From NCBI GenBank assembly GCA_964538295.1, contig CAZIES010000001.1, positions 1 to 61,478 of the forward strand: a stretch of DNA of 61,478 bases, in the 5' to 3' direction. Under the pieces are notes generated by a model, which had not been told where the DNA came from, ran no database searches, and saw only the letters and a list, made by a program, of their open reading frames with translations. Position 1 is the stretch's first letter. Every line of letters begins with the position of its first letter. This DNA comes from an uncultured Arcobacter sp. Its GTDB lineage: Bacteria; Campylobacterota; Campylobacteria; Campylobacterales; Arcobacteraceae. Of the stretch, positions 10,198 to 18,725 are shown in pieces. The translations under genes were made by a program, and so were the position numbers.

Positions 10198-11570
10198 AAA
10201 AAAATATATTAATTATAGATGACACGGTTTCAAATATTGATACATTAGTTGAGTTATTAGATGAGAAATATGAGATATTTGCTGCAACAAATTCACAAGA
10301 TGCTTCAGAACTTCTTGAAGAAGAGAAAATTGATTTAGTTTTACTTGATATTGTTATGCCAGATGTTGATGGATTTGAAATATGTAGAAGATTAAAAAAT
10401 AATTCTAAAACGGAAAATATACCGGTGATATTTATTACTGCTAATAGTGATGAAGAGTCCATTGAAAAAGCGTATGAACTTGGTGGAGTTGACTATATTA
10501 CAAAGCCATTTAGAACTCGAGAAGTACTCTCTCGAATTAATACACATTTACTAATAGCCCAACAAAAATTTAGTTTAGAACGTAATTTAGAGGAGAATAT
10601 CACACTTTTAAATCAATATAAAGAAGTCGTTGATAAGAGTTTGATTGTTTCAAAAACAGATGAAAGAGGTATTATTACTTATGCAAATGAGGCATTTTCA
10701 AAAGTCTCAGGCTATTCGGTTGAAGAGTTAATAGGTAATAGTCATAATATTACACGCCATCCAGATATGCCAAAAAGTGTTTTTAATGATCTTTGGAAAA
10801 CAGTACGAAGTAAAAAGATATGGCAAGGCGAGGTGAAGAATCTTAAAAAAGATGGTAGTTATTATATTGTCAATGCAACGATTATGCCAATACTGGACTC
10901 TAATGAAGAGATTATTGAGTATATTAGTGTGAGGCAGGATATTACTGAAATTTATGAATTAAAAAAAGAGATTGAAGCGACACACAAAGAGGTTGTATTT
11001 ACAATGGGGTCAATTTGTGAAACCCGAAGTAAAGAGACAGGAAATCATGTCAAAAGAGTAGCTGAATATTCAAGAATTTTAGGTAAATACGCAGGTTTAG
11101 ATCAGCAAAGACTTGAACTTCTTATTGATGCATCTCCTATGCATGATATTGGTAAAGTAGCCATTCCTGATAGTATATTAAATAAACCTGCTAAACTTAA
11201 TAAAATAGAGTATGAAACGATGAAAAAGCATGCCAAAATTGGTTATCAAATGCTGAGTCACTCTAAGCGACCTTTACTTCAAACAGCGGCAAAGATAGCA
11301 CTAGAACATCATGAGAGATGGGATGGAAAAGGATACCCTCAACATTTAAAAAGTGAGGAGATTTCAATTGAGGGAAGAATAACTGCAATTGCAGATGTAT
11401 TTGATGCTTTAAGTAGTAGTAGATGTTATAAACAAATATGGCAAGATAAAGAGATTTTTGCCTATTTTAAAGAGGAAAGAGGAAAACAGTTTGACCCAAA
11501 CTTAGTAGATATTTTCTTTGAGTACTTAGATGAGTTTATAGTAGTTAGAGAAAAATTTAAAGATATTTAA
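10194..11570 (+). CDS. Response regulator with PAS and HD-GYP (c-di-GMP phosphodiesterase-type) domains
   Basis: REC (ILIIDD ... LVLLDIVMPDVDG ... KP), PAS (ITYANEAFSKVSGYSVEELIGNSHNITRHPDMP), HD (HVKRVAEYS, MHDIGKVAIP) and HHERWDGKGYP (11307-11339). ATGA overlap with the hybrid kinase. Confidence 0.92.
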   Translation: MKKNILIIDDTVSNIDTLVELLDEKYEIFAATNSQDASELLEEEKIDLVLLDIVMPDVDGFEICRRLKNNSKTENIPVIFITANSDEESIEKAYELGGVDYITKPFRTREVLSRINTHLLIAQQKFSLERNLEENITLLNQYKEVVDKSLIVSKTDERGIITYANEAFSKVSGYSVEELIGNSHNITRHPDMPKSVFNDLWKTVRSKKIWQGEVKNLKKDGSYYIVNATIMPILDSNEEIIEYISVRQDITEIYELKKEIEATHKEVVFTMGSICETRSKETGNHVKRVAEYSRILGKYAGLDQQRLELLIDASPMHDIGKVAIPDSILNKPAKLNKIEYETMKKHAKIGYQMLSHSKRPLLQTAAKIALEHHERWDGKGYPQHLKSEEISIEGRITAIADVFDALSSSRCYKQIWQDKEIFAYFKEERGKQFDPNLVDIFFEYLDEFIVVREKFKDI

Positions 11571-11581
11571 AAAAGAGAAAT

Positions 11582-12352
11582 ATGAGTGATTATTGCGAAA
11601 ACCTTGAGGGTTTTGAAATTGTTTTGGATAGATATGATGGTATTACAATTAGTGAGAATGGGTTTTCTTGGAAAGAGGATAGTTTTGAAGAACATCTTAA
11701 AAATTTAATTGCATTATTAATTGCAAAAAATAGAAAACTGTTATGGATTTATTTGAGTTTAGAACAATCCTTTTTAATTCCTTTGTGTGTTAAACAAGGC
11801 TTTGAATTTCATACCTGTGAGACTCAAAAAATTCTAATGGTTAAAAAACTTATTAAAAATCCTATTATTCCAACAGCCTCAAATCATACCTTGGGTGTAG
11901 GGGTTGTGGTTATTAATGAAAATAATGAACTTTTAGTTATCAAAGAAAAACACTCAACTGTTGGCTTTAAACTTCCTGGTGGACATATTGATGATGCTGA
12001 GTTGATACAAAATGCTGTTGTAAGAGAAGTGTATGAAGAGACAGGCATAGAAGTCTCTTTTGATTCTATTATTTCTTTAGGACATTTTTATCCCCATCAG
12101 TTTAATAAAAGCAATCTCTATATTTTATGTAAAGCAAAGGCGTTAAGTAAAGAGATTAATATTCAAGATACGCAAGAGGTTCTTGAAGCAAAATGGATGA
12201 AAGTAGATGACTTTTTAGCTGATACTCAAGGGTTCAATTATAATCAACAAATTGTTAGAACAGCGCTACAAAATGAAGGTTTAGTAGTAAAGCACTTAGA
12301 TAGTTTAAAAAAAATCCCAAGAGCCTTTGAACTTTTTTTCCCTAAAATATAA
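11582..12352 (+). CDS. NUDIX hydrolase with an N-terminal pre-Nudix domain
   Basis: Nudix box GGHIDDAELIQNAVVREVYEETGI; starts 11 nt after the HD-GYP gene. Confidence 0.85.
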   Translation: MSDYCENLEGFEIVLDRYDGITISENGFSWKEDSFEEHLKNLIALLIAKNRKLLWIYLSLEQSFLIPLCVKQGFEFHTCETQKILMVKKLIKNPIIPTASNHTLGVGVVVINENNELLVIKEKHSTVGFKLPGGHIDDAELIQNAVVREVYEETGIEVSFDSIISLGHFYPHQFNKSNLYILCKAKALSKEINIQDTQEVLEAKWMKVDDFLADTQGFNYNQQIVRTALQNEGLVVKHLDSLKKIPRAFELFFPKI

Positions 12353-12434
12353 GTTTCTGTGTCTAGATTAAATTTTTTATCTTACCTTTACTAATATCTT
12401 AATAGAATACGCATTATGAAAGTATTGGAGTTAT

Positions 12435-12797
12435 ATGGAATATAGTACACAACGAATGGTGATGTACCCACATTTAAATGCTGCGGGTATTTTATTTGGT
12501 GGGCAAGCGTTTTCATGGATTGATGAAGATGCAATTATTTTTGCAGCAAACTTATTAGAGACAAATAAGATTGCAACGGTGAAAATGTCAGCCATAGAGT
12601 TTAAAAGTGCAGCAAATATTGGGGATATACTTATCTCTGGTGTTGAGTTAATACGTGTTGGTACAACTTCAATAACTGTAAAATGTGAATTGCGAAATAA
12701 AACAACCAATAAGGTAATTGTTCAAGTTGATGAGGTTGTTATTGTTGCCCTTGACTATAATAAAAAACCGACAAAACATAAACTAGCCAAGAATTAG
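12435..12797 (+). CDS. Acyl-CoA thioesterase (hotdog fold, YciA-like)
   Basis: MVMYPHLNAAGILFGGQAFSWIDEDAIIFA...ATVKMSAIEFKSAANIGDIL...VGTTSITVKCEL matches the YciA/hotdog pattern. The antisense 92-aa ORF is a shadow. Confidence 0.75.
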   Translation: MEYSTQRMVMYPHLNAAGILFGGQAFSWIDEDAIIFAANLLETNKIATVKMSAIEFKSAANIGDILISGVELIRVGTTSITVKCELRNKTTNKVIVQVDEVVIVALDYNKKPTKHKLAKN

Positions 12798-12810
12798 CAA
12801 AAAAGTAAAG

Positions 12811-12999
12811 CTACTTTTTTGTGAATTTTTCTTGAAACTCTTTTAAACTTCGCACAAAAAGTTCTTCGCTTTGCGTCTTATAAATAATAGCCTCTATCCA
12901 AATATCATTTTCTTGTATTTTACATTGGTTAATAGGTGTGTAGGATAAACCATTTTTGTAGTGAATATATTGATGATTGAATATTATTTTGTCTGACAT
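12811..12999 (-). CDS. DUF1653-like small protein
   Basis: 62 aa. YIHYKNGLSY..(I/V)..IYKTQSEELFVRSLKEFQEKF resembles the DUF1653 pattern (YxHYKG..Y.. / LWVRPL..F). SD AAGGT upstream. Confidence 0.55.
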   Translation of the reverse strand: MSDKIIFNHQYIHYKNGLSYTPINQCKIQENDIWIEAIIYKTQSEELFVRSLKEFQEKFTKK

Positions 13000-13064
13000 G
13001 TATTACCTTTTTTAAAAAAGTAATTATATGCTATTATATTTAAAATAAAAGCAAAAGGTTATTT

Positions 13065-13565
13065 GTGAACGTTACAATTATTAATACAGGTGGCACATTC
13101 AATAAACGATATAATCCAATTAGTGGTGAACTTGAAGTACCCAATGATAATCAAGCCTTGAGTAAAATTTTGAAAGCGTGCCATAATAATGATTTTGAGT
13201 TAAAAAATATTCTTGCAAAAGATAGCCTAGAGATGGATGAAGATGATAGGGTTTTAATTAAAGAGACGATATTGCAAGGCGAAAATGAGAATGTTATTAT
13301 TATTCATGGTACGGATACTATGGAGATAACTGCATATTTTTTATCTCAAGAAAAACTATCAAAAAAGGTTGTTCTAATAGGCTCTATGATTCCTATGAGT
13401 ATCGATGCTGTAGAAGCAACTCTTAATTTCTCTCTTGCTTTAGGCTTTTTAAATGCCTCTGTGCAAGAGGGGATTTATATAGCTATGCACGGGGTAGTTA
13501 AACCTTATGAAGCTATTACAAAAGATAAAACCATTGGACAGTTTATTGTGAAAAACTCTATCTAA
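13065..13565 (+). CDS. Asparaginase N-terminal-domain protein (single domain, 166 aa)
   Basis: Both catalytic threonine motifs of the L-asparaginase/GatD family are present: IINTGGTFNK and IIIHGTDTMEITA. GTG start with SD AAAGG. The ORF ends where the canonical C-terminal domain would begin. Confidence 0.72.
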   Translation: MNVTIINTGGTFNKRYNPISGELEVPNDNQALSKILKACHNNDFELKNILAKDSLEMDEDDRVLIKETILQGENENVIIIHGTDTMEITAYFLSQEKLSKKVVLIGSMIPMSIDAVEATLNFSLALGFLNASVQEGIYIAMHGVVKPYEAITKDKTIGQFIVKNSI

Positions 13566-13572
13566 GTATTTT

Positions 13573-14304
13573 TTATACGATGACTTCTTTAAAGTCACTT
13601 CGTGTATTTTTAAGTGCTTTATTACTTTTTGCACGTACAGTATAAACAAAAGAGATTTTTACTTTATTGGTCTCATTTTTTCCTGCATGGTGCAAAGTTT
13701 TACAATGAAAAAGAACAATATCTCCTTTTTGTAAGTTTTGGTGTACTTTTTTCTTAATAAGCTTTTTGTTCTCTTTATGTTCATCTAAAAAGTTTGACTC
13801 TTCGTCAAATTGCTCTTTTTTCAAATTAATTTTATGGCTTTTTGGAATAAACTCTAAAAGACCATTTTCTAAAAACTCATCATCCAAACTCAGCCAAACA
13901 GAGATTAAATCATCATTTTCAAAGTGCCAATAACGTCTATCTTGATGCCAAAAGGTACGTGAACTCTCCTTTGCCATTTTTGTCATAATAGAGTTATGGT
14001 GGGCTAGGGTGATAACAGGCTGGTCATTGAGTAATTGTTTTAAAATTGGTTGAATTTGACTATTTGTCATCCACTCTTGAAAGATAGGCTCTCTATCGTA
14101 CACTTGACGTAAACGTCGTACGGTAACATCTTTTGAATTGCTTTTTGTATACTCTTGTTCACTCTCTATTGGAGCTTGCTGTTTTGCTAAATGTTCTTGT
14201 GCTTTTTGAAGGATTGCATTACAAAGGGGTATGTCAGCAAAGTTTTTAATAATTAAAAAACCATTGGTATTAAATTCTTTTATTTGTTCATTTGTTAATA
14301 ACAT
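13573..14304 (-). CDS. Phytanoyl-CoA dioxygenase (PhyH) family Fe(II)/2-oxoglutarate oxygenase
   Basis: FWHQDRRYW (HxD facial triad) plus distal LFHCKTLHHAG. N-terminal LT.EQI..F..NGFL is typical of PhyH. Confidence 0.8.
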   Translation of the reverse strand: MLLTNEQIKEFNTNGFLIIKNFADIPLCNAILQKAQEHLAKQQAPIESEQEYTKSNSKDVTVRRLRQVYDREPIFQEWMTNSQIQPILKQLLNDQPVITLAHHNSIMTKMAKESSRTFWHQDRRYWHFENDDLISVWLSLDDEFLENGLLEFIPKSHKINLKKEQFDEESNFLDEHKENKKLIKKKVHQNLQKGDIVLFHCKTLHHAGKNETNKVKISFVYTVRAKSNKALKNTRSDFKEVIV

Positions 14305-14419
14305 TGTCTCATCTTGTAAAATAGTTGTCGTATTGTATTAAAAGTTTAATTAGATACTCTAAAACTATTTAGAAAAAGCCTTGAAAACTCTTAAAGATAT
14401 ATCAGGCTTTTATTATTCA

Positions 14420-14860
14420 TTATTTAGCTGTTGTATACTCTAAAATCTCAATAATTTGTTCAGTTGTCGTTGCCCATGCTTGTGCACTTGCATCAACTTC
14501 TTTTAGTGGATGAATAATTGATTCATCATGTAGTGTAATATAGGGTTTATTAAGTGCCGCACAATAGCCTGCATCAAAAGCTGCATTCCACTGTTTATAT
14601 TTTTCACCAAATCGAATAATAGCAATATCTGATTTTTCTATCATAGTTTGAATTCGTATGGCATTAACTTTGGCACTTTTATTATCTCGGTTGAACTGCT
14701 TGTCTTCATTTCCAAGTAAATCCCCTGCGGCATCACTTGCTTCATGATTAGTAACAGCACTACAAAACTCAATGTCTAAACCTTTTTCTTGACATCCTTG
14801 TATAATTTCATCTCTCCAAGAGGTATGAATTTCTCCTGATAAATAGACAGTATATTTCAT
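14420..14860 (-). CDS. YtoQ family protein (nucleoside 2-deoxyribosyltransferase-like fold)
   Basis: MKYTVYLSGEIHTSWRDEI... is the family N-terminus. I chose the ATG at 14860 (SD AAAGGA) over the TTG at 14881. Confidence 0.68.
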   Translation of the reverse strand: MKYTVYLSGEIHTSWRDEIIQGCQEKGLDIEFCSAVTNHEASDAAGDLLGNEDKQFNRDNKSAKVNAIRIQTMIEKSDIAIIRFGEKYKQWNAAFDAGYCAALNKPYITLHDESIIHPLKEVDASAQAWATTTEQIIEILEYTTAK

Positions 14861-14945
14861 AGGGTAATCCTTTTTTGACAAGATTGTATTGATTTTTTTC
14901 TAAGATATGTATAAAAGTAGAAAGTAGGTAAATAAAGTTTAAAAT

Positions 14946-16685
14946 TTATTCATTTATAGTGTTATTAATCTCTTCATTTAAAGGTAGAGTAATAATAAAT
15001 TTAGCACCTTTATGTGTTGTATCATGATATTCAAAGGTCTCATTTTCTACATAAAGTTTTCCATCTAAGTGGTTTTCTATAATCTCTTTACTCATATATA
15101 ACCCAATCCCTGTTCCTTGTTCTGCTTTGGTAGTAAAATAGGGTTCAAAAATCTTTTCAATAATCTCTTCGTTTATTCCTCCAGCAGTATCTTTGATAAT
15201 GATAAAGAGGTTATTATCTTGAGTATAAATATCAACAAAAATAAGTTTCTGACAACTTTTGCACTCTAGCAGAGCATCTTTTGCATTGTTTAAGAGATTT
15301 AAAATCACTTGAATGATTTCATTTCCTAAAATTTTAATTTTAATGTTGCTTGTGTTTTCAATGAGTTTAATATCATTATGTTTAAATTGAGAGTCTACTA
15401 AGAAAAGTGTTTTTTTGTATAAATCATTAATGTCATAGATGGTGCTATTTTTTTCAACTTTAAAGAAATCCCTAAAGTTATCAATCGTCTCTGAAAGTAA
15501 TTGTGCTGCATTGGTGATGGTATTAAAAGCTTTTTTATTATCTTCTTCATTATTAAGTCCAAGTTTAGATTGTACTTGCATACCTGATGACGTTGCTGTA
15601 ATAAAAGAGAGTGGTTGTCGCCACTGGTGAGCAATATTTTCAAGCATCTCACCCATTGCGGCCATTTTTGCTTGCTGGGTTAATAGTTTATCTCGTTCGC
15701 GTATATTTGCAACAGAGACTTTAACTTCTTCTTCAAGATTTTCATTGAGAGTTTTTAGTGTTTGGGTTTTTTGCTTGATTGTCTTTTTAAGTTCTTTATT
15801 CATTTTATTAACTTCAAATTGGCGATAGATGAGTAGTCCTACAATAATAATAACAACAATTAAAATTTGCCAAAATAGGGTATAGTCCATGATAGGTTCT
15901 TTGATACTTGGAGAGACCCATTTTTTAAAAATAGATTTACTTTGTTCTGGTGTTATTTGATCAAGGGTATCATTAAGTGTTGATAAAAGAAGTAAATCAT
16001 CATCACGTACAGCAATACTTAAGTCATAAAGCATTTTTGAGTACCCTGCAATGTGTAAATCATTGAGTGAGTATTTAGAGATATAGTGAGATGCTACAGG
16101 TAGGGTTGCAATCGTAAAATAGACTTTTCCACTGTTAACCCATTGAAGAGCTTCTTTATCCCCTTTGACTTCAACTACTTTTAAATCAGGATAAGTTTTT
16201 CGCAACTTTGTAATAAGTCCTGAGCCTTGTTGTCGTGTCCATGTTTTATCCATTACTTCATCAAGTCCAGAAACGATGGGTTTATCTTTTTGTGTAAAAA
16301 TTGCTAAAGGAAGGTTTAAATAAGGTTTTGTAAAGTTGGCATATTCACTTCGTTTAGTGGTTTTAACCGCACATGGTAAAATATCACACTGTTTGTTTTT
16401 TAAAAATTCTTGAGACTCTTTCCAGCTAGTTGTTGGTACATTTTTAAAAGTAACCCCTAGTTTTTCCTCAATGACTTTTAATGTATCCATTGCAATACCT
16501 TGCATATCATTTAAATCATTATTCTTAGCAAACTCTATGGGTTCCCAGTTTGGGTTGTTACACATTTTGATAACTTTTTTCTTTTTTAAATACTCTTGTT
16601 GTTCAAGAGATAAAAAAGAGTTATCTTGTGCGTGAAGTATATTTATGAACAGTAGAATAAAAAGAAAGTATTTTGTATTCATCAT
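14946..16685 (-). CDS. Sensor histidine kinase with a periplasmic family-3 solute-binding domain, AHQWRQPLS-type H-box
   Basis: Signal peptide, SBP_bac_3-like domain (NPNWEPIEF...), TM helix, coiled coil, H-box KMAAMGEMLENIAHQWRQPLSFIT (His 15627-15629), NLLNNAKDAL, DTAGGI, GTGIGLY. Confidence 0.9.
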   Translation of the reverse strand: MMNTKYFLFILLFINILHAQDNSFLSLEQQEYLKKKKVIKMCNNPNWEPIEFAKNNDLNDMQGIAMDTLKVIEEKLGVTFKNVPTTSWKESQEFLKNKQCDILPCAVKTTKRSEYANFTKPYLNLPLAIFTQKDKPIVSGLDEVMDKTWTRQQGSGLITKLRKTYPDLKVVEVKGDKEALQWVNSGKVYFTIATLPVASHYISKYSLNDLHIAGYSKMLYDLSIAVRDDDLLLLSTLNDTLDQITPEQSKSIFKKWVSPSIKEPIMDYTLFWQILIVVIIIVGLLIYRQFEVNKMNKELKKTIKQKTQTLKTLNENLEEEVKVSVANIRERDKLLTQQAKMAAMGEMLENIAHQWRQPLSFITATSSGMQVQSKLGLNNEEDNKKAFNTITNAAQLLSETIDNFRDFFKVEKNSTIYDINDLYKKTLFLVDSQFKHNDIKLIENTSNIKIKILGNEIIQVILNLLNNAKDALLECKSCQKLIFVDIYTQDNNLFIIIKDTAGGINEEIIEKIFEPYFTTKAEQGTGIGLYMSKEIIENHLDGKLYVENETFEYHDTTHKGAKFIITLPLNEEINNTINE

Positions 16686-16851
16686 AATGCACCAATTTTT
16701 GATGCAACTATTATATCACAAAATAATAGATGTTATTATCTTTTTATTGAAAATAATTTTATATTCTTTATTTTTTCTGGTGTTATAGCCCCATAAAACG
16801 AACATCTAAATAAAAAAACAAATTAATAATTTTTGTTGTGACGTAAAGCTG

Positions 16852-17040
16852 TTATTGTGAAACAATTAGGTCTTTTTTTAAGAAAATATAAAAAAATGCT
16901 AAAAGTGGTACAAACACAACCGCCACAAGCCAAAATATTTTTTTATTTTTGTCTTTAAAGGTATGTCCTATAATAGATGCTAAACAGTAAAGCCAAAATA
17001 TTCCAAAGATAGGAAGAATGATAAATGTAATATCTGTCAT
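16852..17040 (-). CDS. PLDc_N-domain small membrane protein (paralogue 1)
   Basis: 62 aa, two TM helices. HTFKDKNKKIFWLVAVVFVPLLAFFYIF matches the PLD-nuclease N-terminal (PLDc_N) pattern. Own TATAAT box and SD AAGGAG. Confidence 0.65.
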   Translation of the reverse strand: MTDITFIILPIFGIFWLYCLASIIGHTFKDKNKKIFWLVAVVFVPLLAFFYIFLKKDLIVSQ

Positions 17041-17120
17041 AACTTACTCCTTGTATCCTTATAATAATTATAGTCTTTTAAAAATTAATTTGAACCAAGA
17101 GTAAATTTGTAGTTTAATAG

Positions 17121-17156
17121 AATAAAAAAGGGGAATAAGTGTTGACTTATTCCCCT
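17121..17156 (-). terminator. Rho-independent terminator of the ALS-like/ALDH operon
   Basis: Perfect 12-bp stem aggggaataagt / acttattcccct (17129-17140 / 17145-17156) with 4-nt loop. On the minus strand it is followed by UUUUUAUU. It begins 23 nt after the ALDH stop. Confidence 0.85.
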
Positions 17157-17178
17157 TTATATGTACGAACTGTGTATA

Positions 17179-18570
17179 TTATAAAACAGGTGATTTAATG
17201 ACCATCATTTTTTCATTGCTACACTCTTCCATTGAGTGGTGAATTCCTCCAAGACCAAGTCCTGAAGCTTTTGCTCCACCAAATGGCATCCAGTCTACTC
17301 TAAATGCAGTGTGGTCATTTACCATAACCGTTGTACCATTTAGTCGTTTAACCGCTCTTAAAGCTGTATCAATATTTTTTGTAAATACTGCTGCTTGGAA
17401 AGATACTTCAAGTTGATTTGCTCTATCAAAAGCCTCTTCAATATCAGAGTAAGGGTAAATACAAACAACTGGTCCAAATACCTCTTTTGTTGATACTAGC
17501 GCATCATCAGCAGGGTTCACAATAACTGTTGGCTCATATGTTGAAGGAGATAATTTCTTACCACCTGTTAAGATTTTTCCACCTTTTTCAACTGCTTCAT
17601 TAACCCACTCTTCAATTCTGTTTGTTTCATTGTTGTTAATTAGTGGTCCAACTTCAGTTTTAGGGTCTAATTGATTACCAACAACTAATTTAGAAGCGTA
17701 ATCAGATAGTTTGTTAGCTACTTCATCGCAAATTGATTCGTGAACATACACTCTTTGAACTGATACACACACTTGACCTGCATGGTAGAAACCACCTTTT
17801 CCAATTGCAGGAATTAAATCATCAATGTCTGCATCTGGCTCAATAACAACAGGAGCAACTCCTCCATGCTCTAATGCAACTCTAGTTCCTGGTGCTACTT
17901 TAGAATTAAGGTACCAACCTACTGCACCTGAACCAATAAATGTTAAGGCATTTATCTTTGGTGATGTAGCTAATAACTCTCCACCTTTTCTATCACAAAC
18001 TACTGCTTGTGCCCAACCTTTAGGGAGACCAGCCTCTTCTAAAATTTCAACTAATCTAATTGCTGACATTGGTGTTTGTGTTGCAGGTTTAATAACTACT
18101 GGACAACCAACAGCAATTGCAGGAATTACTTGGTGAACAGCTAAGTTAAATGGGTGGTTAAATGCAGAAATAGCTGCAACTACACCAATAGGCTCTTTGA
18201 ATGTGTAAGCCATTCTGTTTGCAGAACTTGCAGTGTGACCCATTGCAATCTCTTTACCTTCATAAGCACCTAATGCCTCAATAGCAAGTTTAACCCCATT
18301 AATAGCTCTATGGATTTCAACTTGAGAATCTACCCATGGTTTACCACCTTCGCTAGCACAAAGTTTTGTTAATTCATCAACTTGTGATGACATAATCTCA
18401 ACAACTTTTTCTAAAATTTCAACTCTTTTGTATTTAGGAAGTGCATTTTCATGATCTAAGAACGTTGCTTGCGCTAAATCTAAAGCAGCTTCTACTTCTG
18501 CCGTTGAACCATATGGAACTTCTCCAACAACACTATCATCAAACGGTGATGTAACTTTAATTGTACTCAT
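17179..18570 (-). CDS. NAD(P)-dependent aldehyde dehydrogenase family protein
   Basis: 463 aa. ALDH signatures are FTGS-like FIGSGAVG, catalytic Glu region ALEHGG and catalytic Cys GQVCVSVQRVYV. SD AAAGGA. Confidence 0.95.
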   Translation of the reverse strand: MSTIKVTSPFDDSVVGEVPYGSTAEVEAALDLAQATFLDHENALPKYKRVEILEKVVEIMSSQVDELTKLCASEGGKPWVDSQVEIHRAINGVKLAIEALGAYEGKEIAMGHTASSANRMAYTFKEPIGVVAAISAFNHPFNLAVHQVIPAIAVGCPVVIKPATQTPMSAIRLVEILEEAGLPKGWAQAVVCDRKGGELLATSPKINALTFIGSGAVGWYLNSKVAPGTRVALEHGGVAPVVIEPDADIDDLIPAIGKGGFYHAGQVCVSVQRVYVHESICDEVANKLSDYASKLVVGNQLDPKTEVGPLINNNETNRIEEWVNEAVEKGGKILTGGKKLSPSTYEPTVIVNPADDALVSTKEVFGPVVCIYPYSDIEEAFDRANQLEVSFQAAVFTKNIDTALRAVKRLNGTTVMVNDHTAFRVDWMPFGGAKASGLGLGGIHHSMEECSNEKMMVIKSPVL

Positions 18571-18725
18571 TCTTATCCTTTTATATTTTATGTCTACTTT
18601 TTAACAGGATTTATAAAAAATCCCTAAAAATAGCATGAACGCAAGTGAATCCACACCTGCATAAACCCTAAAGAGAACAGAGAACTGTTCTTTCTTCGGG
18701 TATTATTGATTAAATTTGTGTGGTA

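Noticed and set aside
12798-12821. 10-bp stem caaaaaagta / tacttttttg between the thioesterase and DUF1653 genes as a bidirectional terminator.
   Set aside because: The stem is almost entirely A-U, so stability is very low. It also overlaps the DUF1653 stop codon. Not convincing enough to call as a feature.
17825-18136. Antisense or alternative-frame ORFs inside well-supported genes. Examples: 17825-18136 in ALDH, 10169-10462 over the RR start, 12431-12709 opposite the thioesterase, 43172-43387, 45092-45376, 48099-48417, 50435-50713, 51770-52045 and 60934-61260.
   Set aside because: Each lies entirely within a CDS that has strong family motifs on the other frame or strand. None has a start context or recognisable motif. 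These are typical shadow ORFs.
18675-18690. Hairpin gaacag-agaa-ctgttc in the 155-nt spacer between the ALS-like and ALDH genes, as an internal terminator or attenuator.
   Set aside because: The T tract follows the hairpin only on the + strand, while both genes are on the minus strand. On the transcribed strand there is no U run. At most it is an mRNA processing or stability element.
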